A stretch of 64,000 bases of DNA from Raillietiella orientalis (taxonomy: Eukaryota): positions 1 through 64,000 of the forward strand of contig JAYWIR010000144.1 of assembly GCA_036172245.1 (NCBI GenBank), in the 5' to 3' direction. The notes beneath the pieces are model-generated. The model was given only the letters and a program-made list of their open reading frames with translations. It ran no database searches and was not told where the DNA came from. Positions within the stretch are counted from its first letter, which is position 1. Each line of letters begins with the position of its first letter. This document shows, piece after piece, positions 24,171 to 36,789 of this stretch. The translations under genes were made by a program, and so were the position numbers.

Positions 24171-26974
24171 TTTCACCCGAATGAGCCGAGGGTTTTATTA
24201 CTAACATTTTTTAATTACAAAGAATTTCATAATAAAGTCATATTTCTTCAATAAAGTTTTCTTCAGCCTGGAAACGTTGCCCGACTGTTTTGAAGCACTT
24301 GTCCTTACCGACCCGAGGGCCGCTAAGGTTCTCAACACTGACGAAGGGGCGGGGAAAAACAAAAATAAACAAAAACAAAAAAGAAAACGACTGGGACGGT
24401 AATGTTCTTCGGGAGGGGGAGCGAAGGGAAGGAATCACGGTACGCCGTGAGGAGGCCTCTGCATCCGGTCACGGATGCGGACGAGTGCCTGTAAATGTTT
24501 TTCAAGTCGGCGCCAACGGCAGGCCTTCTCCAAGGAGATGGTTGCCCAGTGGACGACATTCCGACTTGCATGTCCTCTCCTTGACGCGGACCACTTGTCC
24601 AGTATTCCGCGTATGAAACAGAGCACTCCTACATACCCTGAAGCTAACAAACCGTCCCGCATCAGGAGTCGAAAAATGCTCTCCGGGTCGCCCCGCGGAA
24701 TGTTCAAGATCGAAGAGAGTCGCTCCTACATATCGCGAAGGGCAACGCACTCTATGATCAAGTGAGGAAAGATTTCTCTTTCCAGACAGTCTGGGCAATT
24801 AGCATCCACACTCTTCGGTGTCCAGTAAGACAAGCGCGCTCTGCTTAGCAGTCCCCAATGGAGCAGAAGCAACTCAGTCTCCTGCCACTGCAGGGGAAGG
24901 GTGCCGTTATACCACGACGCCGGGGGCCACTTCACCTACTCCGGAGGTACTTCGAGCAGAGAACCCCAGCGTCAAGTCCATTTGGCGGGACACTCAAGGT
25001 ACTAGCGTCCGCTAGTTCCGGGACGTTCACGCCATCAATAATTTTTTCCTGCCTCCGATGAGGCAGGACACTCCCCACGATGCCTCCTGCTGGCTGTCCC
25101 GAACTTCCCTGAGGGAGGGCAGCACTGGGGCAAGAGGGGAGAATGAGGCCCACAGAAGCTTCCGTGGGTTGCGAGCGATCTCCTGCAGTGGCTGAACAGC
25201 GTGCCTGCTTCTACGGAGGCAGGACAAGTCGTCATCGCTGGAGCCGTTGATTTTAGCCCATGCGGAAACGCATTCGTGAAGCCAGCTAGTCCAGTCCGCT
25301 GGGATGCAGGAGATTCACGGATTGTCTCTTAACAGGGCAACCAATTTCCGCAGCTGAAAACCACAATGGTTAAGCCTGCGGTCGTTAGCTACTAGGATTG
25401 AGGTCAATCCATGGCAGCCGGTTGCCCTGTGAGCCAGGAGTCGTAAAGGTGCACACCAGGGTCCGGTCCAGTACTTTCTTACAAGGGCAAGTTTACGGAA
25501 TTAAAGCTGTCGCCTTATGCGCACCAGCGTCAGGAGACCAAGTCCACCGTCCCTGTGGGAGCGCACAAGTCTTTAAGACGGACGCGGGCCTCCGATTGCC
25601 CCAGAAAGCTTTTCTAATGACGCCCCTTGTCCTTTGACGAATTTAAGGAGGTATAAAGCATGCGAAAAATAGAGGGCAAAGGAGAGGGTACGCAAAAGCT
25701 TTCCACACTGCGGCCCGTTCCTGCAAGTAAAAGTTGCCGCCCGGAACGTGCCGATCGCCAACTCCACATTTTGGAGACGGTCGGACCAGGCTTCTGCAGC
25801 GCAGAAGTCCCCTAACGGAACGGCCAGGTACTTGAAGTACCCGCCCGTGGGGATCCTTGAGCGAATTCAGTCCGACCGTCCTGCCCGTGACGTGTCCGGA
25901 AAAATGATTCATGACTTAGCCCTGTTTACCTCGAAGCCCGTCCCACGGTTCAGCAACTCAAAGAAATCTTCGAGCGCGGATGCCGGGGTGGACTCGGGAA
26001 GCAGAAGCAGAAGGTGGTCGGCATAGGCCGACACGGCAGTTGTGCCGGAACATGAGCACGGCAGGGCTGCCAAAGTCTCCCTGTATGCTCTCAGTACCAA
26101 CTGAAAGTAGATGCTGAAAAGCAGAGGGATCAGGCTGTCACCCTGCCGGATGCCGCGACAAACCGGCACGCCGTACACGTGCCGGCCGCAAAAATTGATG
26201 TTAATTAGCGCGAAGCGCCAGATGGAGCGCAGGTACGCCATGAAGACGGTCGGAAATCCCAAGCGTTTCAGGAGCTCCAGGAGGAGCTCCTGGTCGACGC
26301 AATCGAAAGCTTTACGCGAATCGACTGCGACCTCAAGGGCTCCGGGCGTCGCATCCTTTCCCCGGCTTCCCTCTCCCCGGTCAGTGAAGAGTCCAGGACT
26401 CTCCCGACCTACGTGAGCCGCGCGCTGTTGCAACTGCCAGAAGGCGCTGTCAAGGAATAGGTTGGCCTCCATGGTTCATCCGGAAACAGCGTAAGTCTGT
26501 TTCGGACTGACTACAGATTCCGCTACACATCGCATGCGTTCAGCCCAGAGTTTTGCAAGCAACTTTGCGTCCACATTTACCACAGTAATAGGACGCCAGG
26601 TGCCAACCTTTGCCCAAGTATCCTTTTTTAGGGAGGAGACTTACTCTAGCTGACCGAAACGAGTTGGGGACAACCCCGCATTCGCGGTTCAGCAAACAAT
26701 ATTTGAGCACCAGGAGAGCCAACTCTTCCCCGAAGTGTTAATAGAATTTAGCTGCCAGGCCGTCTTCCGCTGGTGCTTCGTTCTTTTTTAGTTTTTTGAT
26801 GGCGGAAACAATCTCCGCCATCGTAAATTCCAGTTGAAACGTGTGACGTTTCTCCTCCCTTAACGCAAGAGCACCCTCTGGCAGCAGACGCTGAGCAAAA
26901 GGGTTCTCTGGAGTTCTCTTCGCTTAAAGGGAAAAGTAGAAATCCCGCAAAATGCGGCAAACAGTCGCCGGTGC
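24171..26974 (-). mobile_element. ORF2 (RT to C-terminus) and 3' end; carries an uninterrupted RKAFD site at 26302-26316
   Basis: ORF 25909..26472 with DSRKAFDCVDQ, GIRQGD, YADH; terminal motif at 24171-24200; same subfamily as 52366-54519. Confidence 0.88.
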
Positions 26975-28985
26975 CGCACGCGTTTTCGGTTAGCTCCCGT
27001 GAGCGAATCCAAGAACAGTTGTTGGAAGTGTGGAAGTGCGGCCGTTGGAAGGCAGAAATGCCTGAAGACTCCGCACACCTGCGACGGGAGACGTAAGGCC
27101 CACGTCTCCTCAACCTATGGAGGTGGTGTCATGCCCCACTACAAAATCAGCCCCCGCCACCCCGGCGAGGGCGGGGAACAAGATGGCCGCGGCGGCTCCC
27201 CCGAACTTGACCGCCGAAGTACAGGCCTACATAAAGGCCTGCCCCCCTTTAGAAGGTAGGAAATCCATATCCTCCGCTTACAACGCGGAAATTTGGAAAC
27301 GCCTTCCGTAGGATGGGTATCTCTGACGAGGACATTCTGTGCTTTTCGGTTCGGAGCGGCGGGCAGTTCGCGGAGCTGATCTGCGGAGATGCAGCGCTCA
27401 CACACAAACTGCTCTGAACGCCCGTTCCGTTCGAAGGGCGGAATCTCCTCCCACACACGATATATCACTCTATGGTGATCCACCTCACTGGTACAACGGT
27501 GCGGATGACCGATAAAGCCATCCGCACTGGAATCAACAAGTTGGCGGAGATATACGCCAGGTTTTCGAAGCCCAACGCCTTTACTTATCGAGGCGCATTT
27601 AGTGGGCGATTTGCCGCATGCGTAACTCGCCGCGAAAACAAAGAACTTTTCCACAAGCTGGAAGTCAAAGACGAGCTCGGTGACCTCTGGTACGTGAGGA
27701 AGGAAAAATACTGTGGGCTGTGCATCACATCCAGGCATCTTAAAAAGAGATGCCCGGACGTCACATGCCCAACTTGCGGCGCTAAGGGCCACACAAGCGT
27801 TGTGTGCCCGAAAAACGCCGCTAAAACGCCCGAAACCCCTATTTCAAAAGAAGGGAAGAAAGCAGAAAAAGAAACAAACAGCGACGAACAGCCAAACTCA
27901 GAAGAAGCGGAACAAAAGGAACAGGAAACTTAAAAGAAGACTTCTAAACCAACCGTCGGCGAAGAAGTCTGAAAACTAGTCGCAATTAAAAAAACAAAAA
28001 ATCCAACTGCTAATAATGAAAAAACAAAAAAATCCACAATATAGAACGCGAGCAAACCGAAAAAAACCGCGAACGGCGCAAAAAAAAATACGCCGTGCGA
28101 AATCATAAAGGAATGCCCCGTTAACATCTAGCGCGTTCCGTGGATCGAACTTCGATCGGCAAACGCGACTCCTGCAACCGTCGCGAACGCCTCGGAACCG
28201 CCGCAGGAAATCTGCAGCAACCAGTTGAGTATCAGCGACGAAAAGAATTTCGCGAAGGCGGCGGAGGAACTCGCGGCCACCTTAATGCAGCCGCCTAAGG
28301 CTGCAAAGAAGGCCGTCAGACGTCCGGCGGAAGTTAAGGGCTTGGAAACTTCCGGGTCCGAGGCGGAAGCCGGAAACCCTACAACCGTCGCCCTTCCGAA
28401 GAGGAAGGCGGGCCGGAAGTCGCGCAACCCAATGCGCGTCGCTTCCCCTCAGGCTGAGGAGGAGGAGACGCGCTCGGATAGCGAGGAGGCGATGTCCGCG
28501 AGGTCGCGGGATCCCTCCATGGATAGCATCCGGTTGGACCTTCCTATCGACCTCAGTTCGGCCGCCGACGTTTCTGTCGTTGCGGAAACGCCGTCGATGC
28601 AGTTGGACATCGACCAGCCGCCTCCCGAACAGGAGGCGGCTACACAATCGCCACCACCATCATTAGCATGATCCGTTTAATCGCCTCTTGCCGGCAGGTG
28701 CGTATAGCCTGCTGGAATGTGAACGGGCTGCGTAGCGAAAGCAAGAGGCGTAGCGTTGCGGAACCCTGCGATTCTTCGACCTGGCACTTCTCAAGAGGTT
28801 CACGCCCTCAGGAGAGAAGACATTTAGGAGATCGAGAGCCTCACAGGGGGAAGGCTACTTTGGCGATCTGGTGGAGACCACTGCCGCGGAGTATCCTTCC
28901 TGCTGAAGCCGGCCGTCGCAAAGGTAGTGTCGGCCAGCTGACTCTCAGTTGATCCGACTCGATAGACCTCATCGTCACGAACGTT
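26975..28985 (+). mobile_element. 5' end, ORF1 and start of endonuclease
   Basis: CGLCITSRHLKKRC, CPTCGAKGHTSVVC, FAKAAEELAATL, then IACWNVNGL; paralogue of 54520-57006. Confidence 0.88.
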
Positions 28986-29164
28986 TCGCAGCACTTTTTG
29001 ACCGACCGTTTGAAGCGGTCCCAATCCTGGAGTGCCCGCAGCCTGAAGCACCGTATGAACGTGCGGAGATGTTCCGCCACGTCCGGGAGCTCCAGCCAGT
29101 CTTCTGGGAGATGCCACGCTGTCGAGGGGAGGCCCCTGTCGCGCGGATGGATCTCGAGAAATAT

Positions 29165-29752
29165 AGGGTTTTCCAAAACTGTAAGCGGTGCGGGGAAGTG
29201 AAAACGCTCCCGCACCTGCTCCTAGACTGCGGTGCTCTTCTAGAACTCTGGCGGAGGCTGGTTTCAGCTGTCCTGCACTAGGGGGACACCGAAAGGGACT
29301 TGATGCGCCGCTTCTTCACTTCAGGCGGCCTGTCTTTGGATGCTGTCGTTGCAACCGTGTGTTGCACCCGTGCCATCGACAAGACCCAACGAGAGTTGGA
29401 GAAGCTGGTCATCCTTCGTCAGCCCACCGGATTAGCCAGCAGAAGCATGTCCTCGGCTGCCGAGTGGGCCCATCTGCCACAGGGCGTAAGGAGAGAGATC
29501 GCCGGCATTCATCGCCGATTTTGAAAGGAAGGAACGCACTCACCAAAGACCCCTGTCCCCTGCCCACCATATTTTTATTTTCATTTTTCTATAGTACTCT
29601 ATTTGTGGTTTCCTCCCTTCCGTTTTGCACTTTTGCCATACCGACCTGCGTGTCGGGGATCCTACACCCTTCGTATCTTCTTTTCCCCTTTGTCCAGGAA
29701 CCCTGTTGCCGGATAGTTTTTAATAAACGCCCCGGCGCACCCGGGTGATAAA
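29165..29752 (+). mobile_element. ORF2 C-terminus and 3' end
   Basis: CKRCGEVKTLPHLLLDC; terminus TAATAAACGCCCCGGCGCACCCGGGTGATAAA. Preceded by a short minus-strand EN fragment at ~28990-29160. Confidence 0.8.
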
Positions 29753-29927
29753 TAGCCGCCCTCCGGAGATTCGTTCGATCTCCTGCGCTCTCACAGTGCA
29801 GACGTGTTTCCGCGTCTATCCGCGCCAACGATCATGCAACTTTGTGCCTGCGTTTTCGCTCGCACTTGTGTGTTCCTGTGCAATCTGCCAAGTAGCATAG
29901 TGCAACATAACCAGTACACAGGATAGT

Positions 29928-31196
29928 GTGGAGGAGCAAGCCACTGGATGCACTTCAGCTGCACTTGAAGTGGCCGCATCCTCCGTAATGCTTTCCTCGC
30001 CCCCGGTGAGGAGTTACGCCGCCGTTACCTCCCAAAGACCACGACCCTGCGATGCGGAGTTCCACGCATATGTGTCATCGGGATACATACGTGCACTCCG
30101 TTATAAGGTCAGTGGGCCCCTTAATGGGAGAATCGGTCGTGAGCTCAATGATGAGCTCGTCCGGATCGGCGTTCGCGAGGAGGAACTCCTTGCCATAATG
30201 CCTGCTGGCAGGATGGAATATACGAAGATTCGGTGCGAGAACGCAGCACTTGTGCAGCGCCATCTTCGTACGCCGTTGACCATCAATGGCAAGGAAGTCC
30301 TACCTACCGCGATGGACGACTCTTCTGTCGTTCAATTGTGCGAAATCGAACCGGAAATCTCCGACCGCGATGTCGTAACTGTGCTGGCGAAGTTCGCCAC
30401 CGTGCACGCTCTGTGGAGAAGGCCAAATCCTATAAAGGATTTCCCCTCTGTCCACATTGGACAAGCCTCCGCGCGGATCGCCGTCGCGAACAGGCGTGTT
30501 GTGCCTGAGCAGCTGCAGGTGAACGGCACGGTCGTTCACCTGTGCTTCATAGGCCAGAATCGCGCGTGCGAGCGGTGCGGCAAGGATGGGCACCGAATTA
30601 AAGAGTGCCCCTCTCCAAGATGCCGCTATTGCAAAGATTCCGGGCACGAAATCAAAAAGTGCCCGGTACTTGCAGGAAAAAGAGCCGCAGCGGAAATTCG
30701 TCGGGTTCAAGAGACCACTGCACGAAAAGCCGCAGCATCAAATATAAAACGTCGTTCGCAAAATCTCGCAAAAAACCACGAGCGATCCGCGGATGAAAGG
30801 AAAGCATCCCCGCCCGCAACGCCCCGAAAGGGGAAAGTCACGGCGGGGAAGCCAATTAAAAATGGGTGCGAGGGTTTGACGCGTGCCGTGCCTTCCCTCT
30901 CTGCAGAACTCACAGGCACCTCTCCGAGCCAGGAACCAGGAAATCTCCGTAACACCCTGGAGGGAAAGGTAGGAAAACTGGAAGATCGCAACAGTGCGAA
31001 GACTTCTTGCCCCGTTTCGTTGTCCCTTCCGAGTTCCGGACAGCCCCACTGCAGCGCAGGCCCCTCTGCAAAGGCTACGAAAGCCGTAAAAAGCAGCGTC
31101 GCGACGAGCAAAAGCACGCTGCATGCAGTCGCCCCATCGCCGACTCGGCAGTTTTCCCCAAGTCCCACGAGGGGTGGGGTAAATTTATTTTTCTAA
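29928..31196 (+). CDS. Retrotransposon ORF1 (gag-like, two CCHC zinc knuckles) of a distinct subfamily; open frame, element truncated at its 3' side
   Basis: 422 aa with CERCGKDGHRIKEC and CRYCKDSGHEIKKC; RSYAAVT N-terminal motif; 5' motif GCAGACGTGTTTC at 29798. Confidence 0.85.
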   Translation: MEEQATGCTSAALEVAASSVMLSSPPVRSYAAVTSQRPRPCDAEFHAYVSSGYIRALRYKVSGPLNGRIGRELNDELVRIGVREEELLAIMPAGRMEYTKIRCENAALVQRHLRTPLTINGKEVLPTAMDDSSVVQLCEIEPEISDRDVVTVLAKFATVHALWRRPNPIKDFPSVHIGQASARIAVANRRVVPEQLQVNGTVVHLCFIGQNRACERCGKDGHRIKECPSPRCRYCKDSGHEIKKCPVLAGKRAAAEIRRVQETTARKAAASNIKRRSQNLAKNHERSADERKASPPATPRKGKVTAGKPIKNGCEGLTRAVPSLSAELTGTSPSQEPGNLRNTLEGKVGKLEDRNSAKTSCPVSLSLPSSGQPHCSAGPSAKATKAVKSSVATSKSTLHAVAPSPTRQFSPSPTRGGVNLFF

Positions 31197-31294
31197 AATT
31201 TTTTCTAGAAAAACATTCACACTACAATCTCATCCATACCATTAGCACTTTTTTTTACCACTATGAAGTCCTTGGGTTCTCACAAGTTCTGCAC

Positions 31295-34200
31295 TCATGG
31301 TGGGTTTCCTACTGTTTGGTCCCGGGCGTCGTCTTCTATCCTCTTCAGGATGAATCGGTACGTCCAGGCTTGGATTTTCCCACAGTTTCTAATGCCGATT
31401 TCCCTCTTCAGGAGCCCTTGTAGGATCTCCATCGGTGGTGCGGCTCTTCTGGCTTTCCTCATTTTCCACCACCGCACAAGTATGGCGGTGATGAAGAGGG
31501 CGATGGTCGTCCTCACCATGGGATTGTAACAGGGAACATTACCATCCCCCTGAAACATCCCGGCGAGGATCTCCATTACGGATCTGTTCGTAAGTCCGAT
31601 GATCCTTTTCAGGATCAGCCAGTCATGCAGCAATGTTATACACGTTAAGAAGTGAAGTCTCGTGTCGATGTCTCCACATGCTGCGCAGTCTCGGTCTTCC
31701 CGTCTACCTGTGAAGTGCTGCAATCGGGACCCACTCTGGATTCCTCCGTGATAAAACATCAGGAGGTCATCCTGGGTGCCCGGCGGAAGGTCACTCCTCC
31801 AGAGCGTCGTGCCGATCGCTAACAGGTTGAACCGTTCACTCCCGTAGCGTTCGGTGGCTTCCTGGAAAGCACTGGTGTCACGGTCGTTTTCTTGGATAAG
31901 CCTTCGGAGGTTTGTTCTGGTTACCCTCGACCATGCGAAGTCGTTGTGGTTGAACCACACTTCGCCGTTCCTGTTGGTAAACCTTCCTAACATCATCTCT
32001 GTATACCGAAGTATACGAGTTTGATGTAGGTAGCCTCCTCGCCTTCACTCCTGGATTTGCAGTAGGGTAACTCTGGACCGCTGGTAGATCCAGCTTCTCG
32101 TGTCCGGCGGGACAGGAAGCATCCAAGGGATCACCAGAATGGACTCTTCCTGCCAGAGTTCCCTGCTTCGCGACACGATCTTGATTTGGTGTTACCGCAC
32201 CAGCCGTTGCTTCCTCCTCCAGGTCGGGTCGATTGTTATCCATTCCCCTCCTTTGCCTAGCAGCGCAGTCATCAGGCCTTTCGAGCTGTTAAGCAACAAC
32301 GCGTAGGCCCAGTGCGCCGCATACGGCCAGTCATCCCAGTGAGTGGCAATGTCCAGGATGTGTCGCGTATCCATGCTTTCTATGGAGTGTGCAAGCGACT
32401 TCATCCCGGAACCGCCTTCTTCCCTGGGACGACACAGGGGTTTTAGTCGGACTCTTGGGCGATAGTGGCCCCACAGTGTTTTTCTCTGCAGCTTGTCGAA
32501 CTCCCTCGTGGTTTCCTTGTTCATCCTCGCGAAGGCCGCCCCGAAGAGCACTTTTGGAAGAAGTACTCCGTTCCATATGTTGGCCTTTGGCTTCATGCCA
32601 AGGTCCGTTCGGGTGTACTTGGCTGCTTCCTTGGCCGTTTCCCCTAGGATCTCGGTCCACAATAGCTTCGACGCGGAGACGTCGCCAATGTAGACACCCA
32701 GGTAATTGGCCTTGACCACAGTTCGGAATCCTCTCCTTGCTAGAGTGGAAAGATCGAGGATTCCAACGGGCAAGAGCTGGCTTTTCTGGGCGTTGATCTT
32801 TAGACCGAGGCCTTGATCCATCAGGTCTACCACATCCAGAAACGCTCGTTGATTTCTCTCTTCCTTGATAAAGGAGAGTAGAACATCGGCGTATGCCAGA
32901 TGGGTAAGACGCTGGCCATCGATTGTTATGCCTTGCAGTCGTCCGCTCTTCTCGATAAAGGACGACAACGCCTCCATTTAGATGACGAACAGCATCGGAC
33001 TTAGCGAATCGCCCTGCCGGACTCCCCGTTCCATCCGTATTGCTGCCGTCTCCTGGCCGTTGACATTGATTCGGCAGTACTGGTTCTGGAGTACCACCCT
33101 CACGAAGTTGCTGAAGTGTTCCGGAAGGCCTAGCTCCTCCAGAACCTTCAGCAGGATCCCATGGCCGATGGAGTCGAAAGCCTTCTCCATGTCAGTGAAC
33201 ACCAGCGCCAGATTCTCGCCGACGTATCGGCTGAGTCCGACGGTGGCCTGGGCACACTTGACATTGTCCGACATGTAACGTCTAGGGACTGCACACGTTT
33301 GCACCGGAGAGATGAGCCTCGACATGACCTTGCCTACGCGGTTCGACCAGATCTTCGCCAACCACTTGGCATCGGAGTTCAGGATCGAGATTGGCCTCCA
33401 TTGAGCGACCTGCGTGCGGTCGCCTCCTTTTGGCAACAATCTCATCCGACTCTCGTAGAAGGACTGTGGAAGCCTTCCTTCTTCGCGGATGCAGAGGGTC
33501 AACTGGTGGAACAAACGTAGGTAGGCATGCAAGTGCTGCTGATTGTGAGTGATGGGTACGCTGTCAGGGCCCGCTGCCACGTCCTTGCGTAGTTGACCAA
33601 ACGCTCTCTTCACCTCGTCTTCGGAGAATTCCTCCTCCAGTCTGTTCCGCTGGAGATCGTCGGTCCTCTTCTCGAGGTAGCTCAGAAAGGCCTGTTGACT
33701 AGAGCGACAGAGATCTTGTCGCCTAAAGTGTTTCGTGTAATGCCTTTGAAAGGCATCCACGATGTCCTCAGACGACTGTCGCTTGTGACCGTCGTACTGG
33801 ATGCAGAAGATATCTGTTGCCAGATTTTTCTTCTCCAGCACGCCGACTTCCCCTTTTATGTTCTTGAAGACGTACCGACTCTCGTACTGATCGAAGTACT
33901 TTGCAAGTGAGCGATCTTGGATGTTCAGCTCCCAGTACGACTCCTGCCTCAAGCGCCTATCTCCGAACTGCATGTTTGCAAACAGGTGTATCCTGTGTTT
34001 CAGGCTGTCCCAGTCGTCGACTCTTCGAATTGTTGTTGCCTTCAGAATCGTCTCCAGGACAGCCTGATGTCCGGGATGGGTTTCCAACCAGGCGGGCATG
34101 CTGATGAGCGCCGCCCTGGTGCCCTGCTTCCGCCGAGAATTTTCCGATCTTAAAATAAAACGCACCAAAGGGTGATCGGACACCGTGGTCATAATGTCTC

Positions 34201-36730
34201 GGAAACCCTGGATGCGATTCTCAAGTTCGGTGCTGTGCAGGACGTGATCGATCGGCTTGTGACTTGCAGTTTGCCATACCAGTCCGAACTCGTCGGATAA
34301 CCGCCGATACGCCGTCTTTTTTCTGGCGTCTTCGGAGTGAGTGATCCCATCCAATATGTTGATATCGCCAGCAACAATCACGACGTCCTTGGAAGCAACC
34401 TTTTCACGGAGTGCTGCATGCAGCGCCTCCGCACAACGATGTTTTAGCTTGTGCGGCCCGTACACGTTCACCAGGATGAGGTGAACAGTAGCGGACCAGG
34501 CCAGTCGCACGCCGATGATTCGTCCGGGATGGGGACAGAACACTTCCAGAATAGTGAGGGCCAAGTTGTCCTTGATTAGGACCGCCACACCCTGCGTGTT
34601 CCGTTCTCCCTCGCTGACGAAAATCTGCCGGTTGAATCGCCGTTCCATTTGCTTACTAATCTCGAGACCCATCTTGTGGGTCTCCTGCAGGCACACTATG
34701 TCTTGTTGTGCGATGGTCCGCACAATCCTTTTTCTTTTTCCCTGGTCGACCATACCGTTTACATTCCAGGAGGCGATGTTCAGCCTCCTGGAGGTCGATA
34801 GGGAAGACGCCATAAAAGGGGAAGACCTATTTCTTGGCCTTCCTGAGCTTCTTCTGTCTGAGAGAGCGTGCTCTTCAGACAATGAAGAAGCAGCGGGCTT
34901 CTCGCTGCCGGCATCACTCTCTGTTCCGCTGAGGTCGAATACTTCTGCCTCCTCCGTCGAGTGTTCGCCCCGCGCGATCAGTTTTCGAGATAGCGTCTCT
35001 ATCTGGACCTTGGCGCAGAAGTTCGCCTTTACGTCGAGAAGCTGTTCCTCTAGCTTTTCGAGCTCGGTGACTTTCACAACCTGGTTGACCTTCTCCTGTG
35101 CATTGCAGATCTTCTGCAAGATTTTCTCTTGCTGGGGACCGCTCTGCACCTCTAGGACTTCATTAGCCAGTGATGCCAACTCCTCCGTAGATTGCAGTGC
35201 CTCCTGCGACACCCGAGTGGCTTCGGCTATTTCTTCTTCCGCGCCTCCCTGCGCTACCTCCATCTTCTCGCCTTCTTGCTCTTCACCTTGTAGGATGAGA
35301 GGAGTTTCTTGCTCCTTGACAAGCATCCTCCTCTTCCCTTTCTTCCCTACCTGTATGAAGCCGTCTTCCAATTCCGGGACGGCTTCTTTCACCTTCTTCG
35401 GCCTTCCTGCCTTCCGAGGCTGTTCCGCCTCCTTGGTGTTTCTCTCTCTCATGAGAGGGAGACCTCGAATCCTTCCGCAATTTGCAAACTCCGGACAGCT
35501 CCATTTGGCATGTCCGTGTTTCTTGCAGAAAACGCGCACCTCCGGCTGCGGGCAGTTTCGGACTTGATGTCCTACTTTGCCGCAGCGGAAACAACGACAC
35601 GTTGGGAAAGCGCCGGCCGTGTGGCCGAACTGCTTGCACCCGGTGCAGAATATCGGCTGTTGCCGGTAACGCACGTTCACTCCCTGGGATTGTTTGTCAA
35701 CAACGGCTAATCAAGGGATCACCGCTCCCTCTTTCAACTTCATTTTGGCGATCATGTCGCCAGAAAATATATTTCCAGAGAAGTTCTCGAATTCAAGGTC
35801 CAGAACTTCCTCATACTGCTCCAAAAAGTTCCACACCGTTAGTTGCGGTGTGAGGATGGAGATGCCGTTCAGAAACACGGTTGTGTATGGCATCTCGCCA
35901 ACACCACAAACCATCCTCCCTTGTATATTGATCCCCTTCTGGATCAATCGCTCTCTAATCTTTTCACAGTCTGTGAAGACTGTGAACCCGTTGTTTGCTG
36001 GTATGATTGCCTGTATGCGATCAAAATTCATGTCCGTTCTATCGAGGGACAGATACACCTCCCTGATATTATTGAACTTGATCAGCCCAGTCCTGAAAAT
36101 GATGGGCTTCACATTCGGCCCTAACTCCACGATCGGCCGATCCACCTTTTGGACTTTAGCGCATAGCGGTTTCCCGAATTTTCTTGGTGGGTGGACACTC
36201 GCTTGTCCAGCCGCCACCGACGCATGGGAAAAGGGCTGCGCCGCCGCAGCCGAACAAGATGACGTCTCGCCCTGAACCGCGTGGACGCCCGCGGGTCCTG
36301 CCTGGGACGCCGCCGCTCCGAGCGCAACCCTCGACGTCGCCACCGTTGCCACCGCGGGCGGCACCCTCGGCATCGGCGCCGCAGGTGCGACCTTCCCCGC
36401 CGCGAACACGAGCCTCGGCGTCGCCGCCGTGCGCACGACCTCCGCCGTCGTCGCCGCGGGCACGACCCTTGGAATCGCCGCCGCCGGCGCAGCAAAGCCC
36501 GCCGCGGGCGCGATCCTCGGCATGCTTGCCACCGTCTCGCCGTTGCCACACGTGACCTCCATGGCTTCTATGGGGAACGACGGTCTCTCCACTCCTTCTC
36601 TAGGTGCCCGCATCCTGGCAGCTGGTCTTGCTGAACGGGACCACTGCAGGTCTTTTGCCGCGATCTCCTCGGCGCTTCTTTTGTAGTTTCGTCTGGAAAA
36701 CTTCCCCTCTCCGGGCACACACGAGCACAA
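31295..36730 (-). pseudogene. Divergent L1/Tx1-like element with ORF1 and ORF2 in one frame; four in-frame stops
   Basis: Zinc knuckle CFRCGKVGHQVRNC, SWNVNG, CLQETH, AGDIN, IDHV, SDH, AGPDS, WRPISILNSDAK, DMEKAFDS, GVRQGDSLSP, YADV, YLG, CAACGDIDTRLH. Stops at 35711, 32978, 32192 and 32045 are all in the same frame. Confidence 0.9.
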
Positions 36731-36789
36731 TTAACTGATTAAGTTGTCGAGCGCACAATACTTTGAGCAGCGAAGCAAGTTCACCGACT

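Noticed and set aside
34515..35567. Long antisense ORFs (also 37883-38770, 44119-45132, 56017-56949)
   Set aside because: Shadow frames opposite GC-rich element ORFs with no independent motifs.
31295..36730. Alternative genetic code or programmed readthrough explaining in-frame stops
   Set aside because: Stops of all three types occur at copy-specific positions across the window, often at Trp/Gln/Arg codons, alongside frameshifts in other copies; ordinary decay explains them.
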